Shown one piece after another: positions 1 through 10,901 of a stretch of 64,000 nucleotides of DNA. The notes under the pieces are model-generated. The model saw only the letters and a list, made by a program, of their open reading frames with translations. It was not told the DNA's origin and did no database searches. The translations under genes and the position numbers were made by a program. The stretch is taken from NCBI GenBank assembly GCA_963691875.1, contig OY829846.1, positions 640,001 to 704,000 of the forward strand, given 5' to 3'. Numbering within the stretch: position 1 is the stretch's first letter; each line of letters opens with the position of its first letter. Source of the stretch: Aureliella sp. GTDB taxonomy: Bacteria; Planctomycetota; Planctomycetia; Pirellulales; Pirellulaceae.

Positions 1-489
1 CTGGCCAATGCAGGGGATTGGAAAGGCGACAAGAGCCGTGTCGCGCTATGGGGATATTCCGCTGGCGGACACTTAGTGAGTCTGCTCGCACTCGACCGAC
101 AAGAGGGAGATCCAGTCTACAAAGCTGTAGCCGCTGGAGGAGCGCCTTGCGAGTTCAGTTTTATTCCAAGCAACGCTCGCACGCTGGCTTACGTGTTCGG
201 TGGCACGCGAGAGGAAGTGCCAGAGCAGTACAAGAAGTATTCCCCTGTTGAGTACGCAAAAGCCGGATCGCCGCCCTTTCTGTTTTTCCACGGTGACAAA
301 GACTTGATTGTCCCTCACGCTAGCAGCAAGGCATTGCACGAAAAGCTGCTGAGCGTAAAGGTGGAGACAACGTATTACACTGCGCAGAACAAGGGGCACC
401 TTATGACTTTTCTCGATAAGAATTCGAGAAAAGAAGTAGTGGAATTCCTTTCAGCCAAACTGTTGGATCCTGATCATGCTGCCCCGTGA
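1..489 (+). CDS. Alpha/beta hydrolase (acetyl esterase/lipase-like), 5' partial
   Basis: Frame 1 is open from base 1 and reads ...VALWGYSAGGHLV (GxSxG nucleophile); HGDKDLIVP (Asp) and KGH (His) follow. Confidence 0.85.
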   Translation: MANAGDWKGDKSRVALWGYSAGGHLVSLLALDRQEGDPVYKAVAAGGAPCEFSFIPSNARTLAYVFGGTREEVPEQYKKYSPVEYAKAGSPPFLFFHGDKDLIVPHASSKALHEKLLSVKVETTYYTAQNKGHLMTFLDKNSRKEVVEFLSAKLLDPDHAAP

Positions 490-1330
490 AGAATATGTCG
501 AACAAGCTTACTTCTTCAAGATCCTACTAGAGCGACTTGGACAGAATCTACCGCTACAGGAACTTCTGGAACAATCTAAGTACGAGTTGCTCGCATCGAC
601 CAAACTACCGCTTGCGATTGACTTGATGCTTGGTGAGCTGAAGCATCGGGGCCTGATGAGCTCTGGTATGAAGATGCTCGGGCACTATTTCATGCCTTTC
701 CAGACGTACCTGATGGCTGAAGCCGAAATGGATGTGGGAAAGTTTGACTACCGAACCGCACTTCGCATCCTTGGCGCCGAATGTAACTACCGTGCGTCCG
801 AATCGTTGAATCGCCAAGGGCTGTTCTTCTTCCAGTTCGAAGCGATTTCGAGGAATCGCCTCAACTACGACCGCGGATTAGAGGCAATCGGTCGGGACGA
901 AAACTACTCTGACGATTGGAAAGAATGGATTGTTATAGTCAGACGACAGCTTGGGATCATCGATCTCGCGGACATGATCTACTTGCGGAGTGAGTACTAC
1001 CAGGAGAAACAAGCTAGATTTGGCGAACCGGAGCTTGAGGCTCCACTGCTGTTCGGCGTTGCAGAGGGCAAGATCGCCCATGCTAATCGCCGCAAGGATC
1101 CGCTGTATCTGTTCTCAGCGATGCAGCGTCACCTGGGATACCCGTCTGTACCTCGTTTGAATCCACCGGATCCACTCCCTGAGTTGGTGCCATTGCTTCA
1201 GAGACGCATCGAACGATTGGAATCCCGCCTGAAATTAATGGAAGAGGAGAATCAGGGCGGCATCGATCTCGCGAAGTTTTATGAAAAAGGTACGATTCCC
1301 AGGCCGAATGATGAACTTTTCGGCTCGTAA
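476..1330 (+). CDS. Conserved hypothetical protein (Planctomycete-type)
   Basis: 284 aa ORF overlapping the upstream gene, protein-like composition, C-terminal coiled coil. Confidence 0.8.
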   Translation: MLPREEYVEQAYFFKILLERLGQNLPLQELLEQSKYELLASTKLPLAIDLMLGELKHRGLMSSGMKMLGHYFMPFQTYLMAEAEMDVGKFDYRTALRILGAECNYRASESLNRQGLFFFQFEAISRNRLNYDRGLEAIGRDENYSDDWKEWIVIVRRQLGIIDLADMIYLRSEYYQEKQARFGEPELEAPLLFGVAEGKIAHANRRKDPLYLFSAMQRHLGYPSVPRLNPPDPLPELVPLLQRRIERLESRLKLMEEENQGGIDLAKFYEKGTIPRPNDELFGS

Positions 1331-1462
1331 ACGCCAGGAGATTGTCCGGGCTGGCAAGTCGGGATCGTAGATTGGCGCACTCTCTCAATCAGAAGTATCT
1401 AATCTCGGCTGATGCGGCTATACTCTGGACTCTCTCCTCATTCCCTTTCCAATCGAAGTTCA

Positions 1463-2269
1463 ATGCTCAAGAAGGACAAAGAAGCGCGTAAACTACTCCT
1501 CAATGCAGAGCAGCGTGACAAGATGCGTGCTGCGGGCAGGTTTAACGCTCAGTTGCTCGACGAGGTTCGCAAACTCGTAGAACCGGGTGTTACGACAGAC
1601 TCATTGGACAAGTTCATCCACCAATTCACGCTAGATCACGGTCACACGCCAGCAACGCTAGGCTATCTAAGCTACCCAAAGAGTTGCTGCACGAGCATCA
1701 ATGATGTCATTTGTCATGGAATTCCGAGTGACGAAGAGCTCCGTGAAGGCGATATAGTCAACGTCGACTTGACCAGCATCGTGGACGGTTGGCATGGTGA
1801 TCAGTCGGAAACGTTTTTGATTGGAGAGGTAAGCGAGGAAGCCAAGGCAGTAACCCAGGCTGCATTTGACTGCCTTTATTTGGCAATAGATGCATTGGAG
1901 CCGGGCTGCACGGTTAGCGTTATTGGTGATGCCATTGTTGCTGAGGCACATCAGCGTGGCTTTTCCGTAGTGCGTGAGTATGTTGGTCATGGACTTGGGC
2001 AGTCTTTTCATCAGCCCCCCAACATTCCACACTTCCCAGACCGGAAATCAAAGCAGCAGCGTCTGATGCCGGGAATGTGTTTTACGGTTGAACCTATGAT
2101 TAATGGAGGCACTCGTTTCACTAGGCTCGACAAAAGTGATGGCTGGACTGTGCGAACACGCGACAAGCATCCCTCCGCCCAGTTCGAGCATTCCATACTG
2201 ATGACCGAGGAAGGCCCCGAGATCCTCACGCAAACTCAGGACGGCCCCAAGCCAGGCCACCAGTTTTAG
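1463..2269 (+). CDS. map: Type I methionine aminopeptidase
   Basis: [48 protein letters not shown]; start placed at ATG 1463 (ORF track starts 1412). Confidence 0.95.
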   Translation: MLKKDKEARKLLLNAEQRDKMRAAGRFNAQLLDEVRKLVEPGVTTDSLDKFIHQFTLDHGHTPATLGYLSYPKSCCTSINDVICHGIPSDEELREGDIVNVDLTSIVDGWHGDQSETFLIGEVSEEAKAVTQAAFDCLYLAIDALEPGCTVSVIGDAIVAEAHQRGFSVVREYVGHGLGQSFHQPPNIPHFPDRKSKQQRLMPGMCFTVEPMINGGTRFTRLDKSDGWTVRTRDKHPSAQFEHSILMTEEGPEILTQTQDGPKPGHQF

Positions 2270-2452
2270 CTTCTGAAGTTGACGCTGATTATCACGATAC
2301 TACAAGGCGCTGCACCTTGGCTTCTGAGGCGATTTTCTATCGGCCGATGATAGCGCTATCAAGCAACTTTTTGTGTAGAACTTCCTATGGTGCGTAGCTG
2401 TCTAGGCAACCGGCATTGCCTGGCAACGGGGTCGCATGGATTCCAAGAATGC

Positions 2453-2485
2453 CTGCTTCCCCGACGAAACACGTCGGGGAAGCAG
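2453..2485. repeat. Perfect 14-bp inverted repeat (REP-like or terminator-like hairpin)
   Basis: CTGCTTCCCCGACG-AAACA-CGTCGGGGAAGCAG. Confidence 0.8.
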
Positions 2486-2889
2486 TTGCTCGTGGTGTGG
2501 GCGGAGTCCAGGGGACAGGGTCTAAAACGTCTTGGCCATGCAACTCTCCAGTCTACCTGTGAGCATCACTTCAGACCATCTTAAGCGTAGGCTCACTGAT
2601 TTACGGCGAAGTCTTGCTGGGGAGAAACCTACCCGATTCTGCCAGAATAACTTTCCCGCAGCTCGACGGAGCGACGCATCCGTCAAAGTGAACGAGCTTT
2701 GTTTTCGATGAGCCGAGATAACACGGTCGCGGCGGTTCAACTTTTGGGCCAATTGAAGACTCGGAAGCAATGATTGGCCCTGCCCTACGAACGAATCCGA
2801 AGCCTGACTATGAATAGAGTGTTACAATATGCGCTCACAATCTGCAAATGACTGCAGAATTTGAGGTTATTTAATCCTTGGAGTGAACA

Positions 2890-3924
2890 ATGTCAGATTC
2901 TGGAGTCCGGCGTAAGTTCTTACAAAACTCTGCGTTGTTGGGTGGCGCTGCAGTTGCATTTGAAAAGCAAGTCAATGCATTAGCATCTTCGAAGCAGGTT
3001 CATGACCGATTGCCCCGCGAAGTTTGGATTGGCACCGTTTCGATGGCGAAGATGCGTGAAGAAACGAGCGAGGCCATGTCGCGGCGTTTGCTGAACGCTT
3101 TGAAAGAAATGGCAACATTCAAGCCAGACATTGTATGCCTGTCCGAGACATTTAGTGTGGCCAATGTAAATTCGCCAAGGCCTCTGGAGGAGCGAGCCCC
3201 GAAATGGTGGTCCGAGGTTTTAGGCCCCTTTTCGGATTTTGCGGCTCAGCATAACTGCTACTTGGTATGTCCGGTTCACACTGAGGAGAATGGCAAATGG
3301 TACAACTCTGCGGTCATCATTGATCGCGACGGTAATTGTCAGGGTCGATATCACAAGATTCACACGACAACGGGAGAGATTGAAAAAGGGCTGACCGCGG
3401 GACCACTCGAACCGCCTGTCTTTCAGACCGACTTTGGCAAAATCGGGGCCCAGATTTGCTTCGATATCGAATGGCGTGATGGTTGGACCAAGCTGGCCGA
3501 GAAGGGAGCTGAGATCGTCTTTTGGCCCTCGGCATTTGGGGGTGGAAAGATGGTCAATACGATGGCTTGGCAGCACCAGTATTCTGTCGTCTCGAGTACG
3601 CGGAAGAGCCCGAGCAAGATCTGCGACTTGGATGGCACGGAACTAGCTACCACAAGCCACTGGAATGACTGGGCCTGTGCGGCGATCAACTTGGAGAAGG
3701 CTTTCTTACATACTTGGCCGTTCGTCAGACATTTCGACGAGATTCAGGCTAAGTATGGCCGGAAAGTTAAAATCACGAATCACGCGGATGAGGAATGGTC
3801 GGTACTTGAGAGTAGGTCTCCAGATGTGCGAGTAGCTGACATTCTCAAGGAGTTTGATATGAAGACACTGCGTGAGCATTTAGTCGATGCAGAGTTAGCA
3901 CAATGTGCTTGCCGTGAAGCTTAG
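2890..3924 (+). CDS. Carbon-nitrogen hydrolase (nitrilase superfamily) with Tat signal
   Basis: RRKFL twin-arginine motif; triad in CLSET (E), YHKIH (K), ICFD (C). Confidence 0.9.
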   Translation: MSDSGVRRKFLQNSALLGGAAVAFEKQVNALASSKQVHDRLPREVWIGTVSMAKMREETSEAMSRRLLNALKEMATFKPDIVCLSETFSVANVNSPRPLEERAPKWWSEVLGPFSDFAAQHNCYLVCPVHTEENGKWYNSAVIIDRDGNCQGRYHKIHTTTGEIEKGLTAGPLEPPVFQTDFGKIGAQICFDIEWRDGWTKLAEKGAEIVFWPSAFGGGKMVNTMAWQHQYSVVSSTRKSPSKICDLDGTELATTSHWNDWACAAINLEKAFLHTWPFVRHFDEIQAKYGRKVKITNHADEEWSVLESRSPDVRVADILKEFDMKTLREHLVDAELAQCACREA

Positions 3925-3946
3925 TTTCCGTCTGAGCAAAGGCAGC

Positions 3947-3979
3947 CTGCAGTTGGCTTGCAAAAGAAGCCAACTGCGG
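3947..3979. terminator. Hairpin just after the nitrilase gene
   Basis: GCAGTTGGCTT-GCAAAAG-AAGCCAACTGC, 11-bp perfect stem; no U-tract. Confidence 0.5.
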
Positions 3980-4211
3980 TGGAACGGCCTTCTTGCGGTG
4001 ACCAGAAAGTCGCCGTCCATGCTACCTGAGGAAACTCGGACCTAAGATTTCATCGATTTCTGTCGGTTCAAGAGTTTCTTGGAATTCCTGACACATTGGA
4101 ATGGAAAACCAGAGCACCGATTTGTGCACGCAATGGTATCCGCGGGATGTGCCACTAAAGTCCGCAGCATTTTCTTTGACTTTCGGACTCCCCATAAGAT
4201 TGCAGCCCAAT

Positions 4212-4241
4212 AAAAAACGGCTGGAAAGCGAATTCCAGCCG
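4212..4241 (-). terminator. Rho-independent terminator of the SulP gene
   Basis: CGGCTGGAA/TTCCAGCCG stem preceded on + by AAAAAA (U6 on minus strand), about 60 bp after the SulP stop. Confidence 0.8.
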
Positions 4242-4302
4242 CTTATCTGTTTCTAGGGCTTCTCAACCAGCGGGCATCTCGTCGAAAAACGGCCGATAGA
4301 AG

Positions 4303-5976
4303 CTAGCTTCCTTGCGTCTGCGTCCCGGACGCCTTAGAGCCTGCCGCTGGAACTGTCGAGAATCGACCTTGCAGCAATTCCCAGTCCAGAACCAACGTGC
4401 CGCCAAAGTTTGCGTGTTGCTTCGCCCAGTTCATGATCAAGTCCAAGCATGCGTGGTCTATGTATCGCAATTCGTCGAAATCGACGTGCAACACGGCACC
4501 ATCTGGAACCTTTTCAAGCTCACCGGCCAGGGAGGGCAGATTGATAAATGTCGCGGCGCCATAAAGATCAAGGTTTGCTGTACTTTTGTCTTCACTGATC
4601 TTCAGTTCCATCCGTAGATCAGAAAACTTCAGCAGCAGCTTGATCGCCGACAGGCCGATTCCAACTACGACGCCGATCAGCAAATCCGTGCAAATAATCG
4701 TCAGCACAGTGGCCACGAAGATGAATAGCTCACCACGACTGGTTTTCCATAGGGCCCGAATGTCCTTCAAGTTGAGCAGTTTATAGCCTGTGTAGACAAG
4801 CAACGCTCCCAAAGCTGCCTTGGGGATCGCATGCAAAACGGTCGGAATGGCTGCACAAAAGATCAACAACCATGCGCCGTGCATGATGGTCGAATACCGA
4901 GTCTTTGCACCTGAGTTGACGTTGGCACTACTCCTAACGATTACACCAGTCATTGGCAAAGCACCCAAGAACCCGCAGATCGAGTTTCCGATTCCTTGTG
5001 CCATCAACTCTTGGTCGTACTTCGTTCGCGGTCCCGTGTGCATTTGGTCGACCGCTGTTGCGCACAGCAGCGTTTCTGCACTGGCGACCAGAGCGATAAC
5101 AAAGGCACCAGTCAGGACAGAAGAGTCAAGGACGAATCCGAGCCACATAGAGCTTGGGAAGCTCACTTCTTCCCACATGTTTGCCGGAACAGAGTCCTCA
5201 AGCGTGATCACTTCCCAACCGATGATCGCCACGAAAGCGGTTGCAACAATAATCCCAACCAATGCCGCTGGGATGAACTTCATTATCTTCTTGGGGGCGA
5301 CAAGCGGCCAAATGATTAAACATGCGAGAGCGACGACACCCGTTATCGCTGCGTGATCATGCTTCAAGTCTGGAGAGAAAACCGCTTGAATTGCCGCAGG
5401 TATCGTCGCCAGGTACTCCAAGCCACCGTGTGCCTTCTTGCCATGCCACATAGCCGTATGGTCGAGCATGGTATGAAACTGGCTGAGCAAAATCAGAGCA
5501 CCAATCCCAGCTAGCATGCCTTTGATCACGGCAGGCGATACAGCTCGAAACCATTGTCCAAGCCTAAGTTGTCCTGCCGCAATTTGAATAATCCCGGCGA
5601 GCAAGACGCAGCAACCGAGCACCTGAAGTGAATAGTAGTCAGCCGCCTCTGCAAGCTTGGCACCCTCAAGACCGTGTTCGGACGCGAGGAACTTCTCTTT
5701 CGATTTACCCAGCAGATCGGCAATGATCACGAACAAGCCGGCAGCAGGTCCGCTCACTTGAAGTGGCGAGCCCGAGAAGATGCCGACGATGAGACCACCC
5801 ACAATACCGGTAATTAATGCTCGTGCAGGACTAACGCCAACTGCTACTGCGATGCCAATACAAAGCGGCAGAGCGACAAGGAAAACGACCACGGACGAGG
5901 TGAAGTCTGCTCTCCAGTTACCGAGCTGATCGTTTTCAGTATCTTGTGAGCTATCGGGGGATGGTGCGGTGTTCAT
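4303..5976 (-). CDS. SulP family inorganic anion (sulfate/bicarbonate) transporter with STAS-like C-terminus
   Basis: VVFLVALPLCIGIA, QVSGPAAGL, ETLLCATAVD, LPMTGVIVRSSAN, YIDHAC. Confidence 0.93.
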   Translation of the reverse strand: MNTAPSPDSSQDTENDQLGNWRADFTSSVVVFLVALPLCIGIAVAVGVSPARALITGIVGGLIVGIFSGSPLQVSGPAAGLFVIIADLLGKSKEKFLASEHGLEGAKLAEAADYYSLQVLGCCVLLAGIIQIAAGQLRLGQWFRAVSPAVIKGMLAGIGALILLSQFHTMLDHTAMWHGKKAHGGLEYLATIPAAIQAVFSPDLKHDHAAITGVVALACLIIWPLVAPKKIMKFIPAALVGIIVATAFVAIIGWEVITLEDSVPANMWEEVSFPSSMWLGFVLDSSVLTGAFVIALVASAETLLCATAVDQMHTGPRTKYDQELMAQGIGNSICGFLGALPMTGVIVRSSANVNSGAKTRYSTIMHGAWLLIFCAAIPTVLHAIPKAALGALLVYTGYKLLNLKDIRALWKTSRGELFIFVATVLTIICTDLLIGVVVGIGLSAIKLLLKFSDLRMELKISEDKSTANLDLYGAATFINLPSLAGELEKVPDGAVLHVDFDELRYIDHACLDLIMNWAKQHANFGGTLVLDWELLQGRFSTVPAAGSKASGTQTQGS

Positions 5977-6077
5977 ATTTGGTCCGAGTACGAAATTCGA
6001 TTCGCGGTCGCGAATCAGGAGGCGACAGAGAAAGATATATTTGAGGCAAATTCCGCGTTAGCGCAGCAATAACCAGT

Positions 6078-6386
6078 TCAAATCGTTAAAGGTCTGCCCA
6101 GACCTTTGAAGTTGCCTTGTTCGGACCGAGACCGCCAGCTCAGCGCCGACGTAAATTGTGCTCCATGGCCCTTACCTGGAAGCGACCGCACCAGATTACA
6201 CCGGCGAATAATACGCGACTCAACGGACTCTTGCGTGAGGACCTCTCCTTCCACTTCGACGGTCTTCTCCGACTCGGTAGCGTCCTTAGCCTCAGTCGTG
6301 GAAAAGCAGAACAGGCCTAAAACTGCAACTAGTGAGAAGCTGGCAGCTATCGCGTTGAACCGAACTGAGTGCCTGCCAAATTGCAT
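6078..6386 (-). CDS. Small protein with signal peptide or TM segment, upstream of SulP (possible leader peptide)
   Basis: MQFGRHSVR + hydrophobic stretch, acidic linker, C-terminus GNFKGLGRPLTI; same strand, about 100 bp before SulP. Confidence 0.6.
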   Translation of the reverse strand: MQFGRHSVRFNAIAASFSLVAVLGLFCFSTTEAKDATESEKTVEVEGEVLTQESVESRIIRRCNLVRSLPGKGHGAQFTSALSWRSRSEQGNFKGLGRPLTI

Positions 6387-6937
6387 GTGGAGAGACGGTA
6401 GAAAAAGAGTAATGCCTTCTAAGTTCCGGGGAAACCACCTATCACATTTCCCCCTTAAAACCATGACTCATACACTTTAGCTGACTATCAACGCCACGCC
6501 AATTGAGGGTGTAAAAATGCGTAGCGCGTGAAGAATGCTATTAGTACTAGGTGGCTTGTCCAATTCCCTTGCATGCTCACCCAGAATTCACCCGCCCCAA
6601 AGCTATCAAAGGCAACCTCACGAAAGGGACACACCTACCGGAGGTGAAATCTCGCTTAAGCCAGCTTGTTAAGCTTAATAACCTGAACATAGAGCGCGGA
6701 GGGGAATACCAAGTTCTTCGAACCAGGCGAGGCGACGAAAATTCGAGGGGCTTTGACCGTGGAAAGCGATTGGTTGGTTACTGGCGTTACCTTCCGTTTG
6801 TCAGTTCCACTAGCCACTAGCAATGCCGCTAGCGAAGCGGATTCGACAGAAGCACTTTCGAGTTCCTCCTAGCGATCCTCCCCAAGGTGACATTTTGCTG
6901 GGAGATTTGCATTGGGAGAAAGATTTAATGCATCGCA

Positions 6938-9617
6938 TTACCGCCAGTCAAGCACTCGAAAGACGCCTCGGCGACGTTGGATCGCTTCCGGCAAGGCCAG
7001 AATCTGCTCGCGATAAAACGCAAGTAACGCTCCAACTCCGAATAGTACAGCTCCACCAGAAAGTATTGCGGTCGCCAGCATGTCAACTTTTTGCCAAGGG
7101 ACCAGAATGGCAAAGGTGCAGATGTATACGGCAGACATAAATCCTCCAACTAAGGTCGTAGCTTTAAGTTGAAGCATTAGCCCAGTCGCAAGTAATAGGA
7201 TGCTAACGAAGAGGAATCCTAGCTCGTCGTGCCAAACAAAATCATCTTGGTAGCGATGAATCCAAGTCGCCACCGCCAGAGGAACTGATAACAAGATTGC
7301 ACCGAAAGCCAAACAGTTGCCGACAAGATCGCTCCTTCTTCCTTGCAATTGCTCGCGGTACCATCCCGCGTGTCCAATCGCAAGGAGCACAACCCCAGCG
7401 ATTACAGCGAAGAGCTCCACTTTCACCCAAGGACTGAGTGTGACGATTTGATGGAGCGTGAGCCCAAAAATCAAGCATTGCCCTGCACCTAGGAGCGAAT
7501 ACCAAGCTCGCGCTTCCCTTGTCCGACTCAGTAAGCTCGACAGCCCCGCAACACTCGCCAACGCCAACGCCATGGCAGGCATTGTCCATCGCAATGCTTG
7601 GACAGAACCTTCAGCGAAGGCAACTAGCCGAAAGAAAACGAACATCAGCCCGCTCAAAATTGCAATTGAAGTAAGAGCATTACCTGAGTGCAGCACGATA
7701 TCGTAGAAAGAGGATCTGTGGGTCAACGTCGCTACCTCTTCTTCAGTCCGACCGATCTCAAAAGTCCGCTGCACTATTATCAAGAACACACCAACAACTG
7801 CGGCTACTGAAATGTATCCCTCACTCCCTGCATTGCAAGCGCGAAGTAGCAAGACTATCGACATGCTGCCCGTGACAAGAGAAGGCAGTATGCAAGCCGG
7901 CTTCCGCCAGGAGGCAAGCAAGTAGAACAACGCTGCTTCAACACAGACGGCAGCCCACCAGAGTGAGTTACCCTCAAAGCTGCTTTGCGAGAGTGTAACT
8001 ATCGAACTGAGAAGGCAACCGCCAATAAGAATCCCAGCACTGCTTTGAGCCACCCACTGCGTCGGAGCCGCACTATCGCCTTCGTCATAGAACCAGGAGG
8101 CAAACAAGTAGCCTGCCGGTAACAGCAGTAGAATTGGACTTTGGGCAAGCCAAGTTGTCATTCCAAGAATGCTTAGGAAACTGCTGAAAGCAATGAGCAA
8201 TGCCGACGCGGAGGCAGCAAAGTAGAGCATCCGCAACACATACGCTTGCCGGCTATAGACTTGCGCCCCGATCCGCAATGACACTGCGGCTAACAGCATC
8301 GCACCGACGAATCCGATTTCTGGTGCAAGGAACTTAAACGGCAGTGACCAATTTGCGTGACGGAAGTAATCCCAGAACCCGACAGAAACAGGCAAACATC
8401 CCAGCATTAACCCAATCGCCGGTGCGCCGCGAAGCTTTCTCGACTTATCACCGACGTAATGCTGAGCAAGGTTGATTGACAGGGTTGTAATCGCTAGCAC
8501 AAGCATCACTGCGGTTGGACTGAGCTGCACGTGGAGCAGTTGCGCTGTGAGCAGCTCCGCCCAAATCACAGATAGCGCCGCGATGTGCAAGAAGAAGCCG
8601 GATCGATTCATGCCCCATTCTGAATAGGCATAGCCATATGCGGCAAGGCAAACCAACGTCAACGCCAGCCATCGAAGTTCGCCGCACATCGGAGAAGGGA
8701 CGGCATCTAGACGCAAGTAGATTGCTTTGAATCCAAACTCGTAAAACCAGTCTCCAGCAATCTGTGCACCGAGGATTAGCAGCAAACCTGAAGCAAGCTG
8801 AAGATGTCCCGTGCGAAAGAAAGCGAGTCCGAATTCCTTGCGGCTGAACGCACCCGAGCTAGCCGTGAATGCTCGTTCGACGTGTATGCTGATTAAGCCT
8901 GTGATAATCAAAAAGGTTGAGGGTAGCTGTATCTCCCAAAATCGCCCAGGGCTTGGTGGCATGTCGGCTATGATTAATAAACCCGTCATCGTGATGCCAG
9001 CAGAGAAGATATAGACGAACAGTTTATCCTTCAGCATTACCGCTGCCGCAGCATAAATCGCACACATCGCCGATGCGGGCAACCATAGATGGCCGTCGAT
9101 CGTGATCGAACCATTGGCACTGTAATACCACAGGTTGATGGGCATGATTAAGCAGGCTAGCAAGGGTCAACGCTTGCCCGACCAGCTGCTGCTTGGAAAA
9201 TCTGAGCAGGGAGAAGCCAACCCCAAGCACGCACAGGTTTGCCGAAGCTAGAGCACAAGCGGTAATAACGGGCGTGAAGAAGTCATTGATCCAAAGCAGG
9301 ATAATGAGTCCGAGTACCATCATTCCGCCGCCAACTGCCATCAGCCATTGCAGACTCTGTGGCGCGAGCAGTCGATCCAGAATGTTAACGGGCGAAAGCA
9401 TTCCGTTGCTCTCGACTGATGGATTGGTTTGAGAAGGTTTTGATCCGTCGCCAAACTCTTCCTGATGATCTTGTCCCGCTCGCCGAGTTGAAGCTTGGTC
9501 ACCGGCGCCTTGTATTGACTCGACAACTGGGGGCACATGGTCTGCTCTACTCGTCATGGGCGTTTCGGAAGTCGCAGAATCCGGCTGACGCTGTTTTTCA
9601 GAATCTTCTTCGTTCAT
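6938..9617 (-). pseudogene. Large polytopic membrane protein split by a +1 frameshift near 9164-9166 (pseudogene or sequence error)
   Basis: Minus strand reads caa gcg ttg acc C ttg cta gcc tgc; removing one C joins ORF 9024..9674 to ORF 6938..9163 as GQALTLLACLIMPINLWYY. Confidence 0.8.
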
Positions 9618-9955
9618 CGAATCATCCTCTGGATCGGGAGATGGAAGACGGGACCTAGCTGGAACGGAACGCACTCAAGTGGTGTGAGGGCATGGGGCGG
9701 GCAAAAGCTCCTTCGACGTCCTATTTCGATGGAGGCTCATTTGTGGCTAGATTCCAGAGTCCACGAGAACCTTTTGCGAGAAATCAAAATCTTTTTCGAT
9801 TTCTTCCAGGATTGAAGCCAACTAGCTGCAACCGTTACAGCCGATCACCATCAGCGGGAAAGAACAGAACGAGAACTTGTATCAAACAGCCACAGAAACG
9901 AGAAGGTGTTATCCTTTTCGTGACAATGCCTTCCCAGTTTTGCGATCCTGGAACT

Positions 9956-10648
9956 ATGACGAATACCACCGCCGAGTTTGATGCATTCGCCGCGGACTAC
10001 GATCTCGCCCTTGAGCGAGGTCTCAACCTAACTGGACAAAGCAAGGACTATTTCGCAGAAGCAAGATTGCGTTGGCTTCGCAGCCGTTTGCCGGAATTTG
10101 ATGCAGACAGCTCGGCGATTCTCGACTTTGGTTGCGGAACTGGCAGTTCAGTGCCTTGGTTTCTCGACTTGCTAGAGGTAAAGAAAATAGTCGGTTCTGA
10201 TGTCTCAACGCAAAGCCTCGAAGTCGCCAAGGAGCGATGGCGGGACTACGCCACCGAGTTTGTTCAATGCGGAAGCGAGCCAGCTAATGCCTTTGATTTG
10301 GCCTTCTGCAACGGAGTCTTTCATCACATCATTCCAGAGCAGCGAGCCGAGGCTTTCCAACAGGTGTTTCAGGCGCTCAAGCCCGGTGGTCTATTCGCCT
10401 TCTGGGAAAACAATCCGGCAAACCCGGGAACGCGATTGTTGATGAAGCGAATCCCCTTCGATCGAGATGCGATTCTAGTTTGGCCCAACGAGGCTCGCCG
10501 TCGATTGCGAGCAGCTGGTTTCGAAGTCCTTCTCACCGATTTCGTATTTTACTTCCCCGAAACACTTAGAAAGCTGCGACCGCTTGAGCCATGGCTCTCC
10601 AAGTTGCCGCTCGGTGGCCAGTACCTAGTGCTCGCTCGTAAACCATAG
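9956..10648 (+). CDS. Class I SAM-dependent methyltransferase
   Basis: ILDFGCGTG, FDLAFCNGVFHHI, LKPGG; likely start ATG 9956. Confidence 0.9.
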   Translation: MTNTTAEFDAFAADYDLALERGLNLTGQSKDYFAEARLRWLRSRLPEFDADSSAILDFGCGTGSSVPWFLDLLEVKKIVGSDVSTQSLEVAKERWRDYATEFVQCGSEPANAFDLAFCNGVFHHIIPEQRAEAFQQVFQALKPGGLFAFWENNPANPGTRLLMKRIPFDRDAILVWPNEARRRLRAAGFEVLLTDFVFYFPETLRKLRPLEPWLSKLPLGGQYLVLARKP

Positions 10649-10673
10649 GCTTTTTCCAAAACTGAGATTGTAT

Positions 10674-10732
10674 TAGTAGAACTCGTCAAGAGTTTCGGTT
10701 TTCGGTGTGCACCGAAAGTCTCAAAGACTTCC
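10674..10732. repeat. Pirellulaceae-type REP-like imperfect palindrome
   Basis: TAGTAGAACTCGTCAAGAGTTTCGG ... CCGAAAGTCTCAAAGACTTCCG; a related half copy lies at 37571-37596. Confidence 0.65.
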
Positions 10733-10901
10733 GAAAATACTAACCTGCCACAAAGCCTAGCGTTCCGCCTTGTCAACTTGAATCGTTTGTAAGGTCATCT
10801 GTTTCTTCTTTGCAGCTCTGGTAGACTCATAGAGACACAGCCACACGATAAGGCCAGAGCCGTGTGTCGTTCGCGCCCCTTGAAAACGAAGAAGAGTTTG
10901 C

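Noticed and set aside
6605..6650. GGCAACCTCACGAAAGGGAC as a GEMM-like start
   Set aside because: No paired P2 or CGCAAAG, and no co-oriented downstream gene
9692..9955. N-terminal extension of the methyltransferase
   Set aside because: Not protein-like and overlaps the divergent promoter region; the domain begins at ATG 9956
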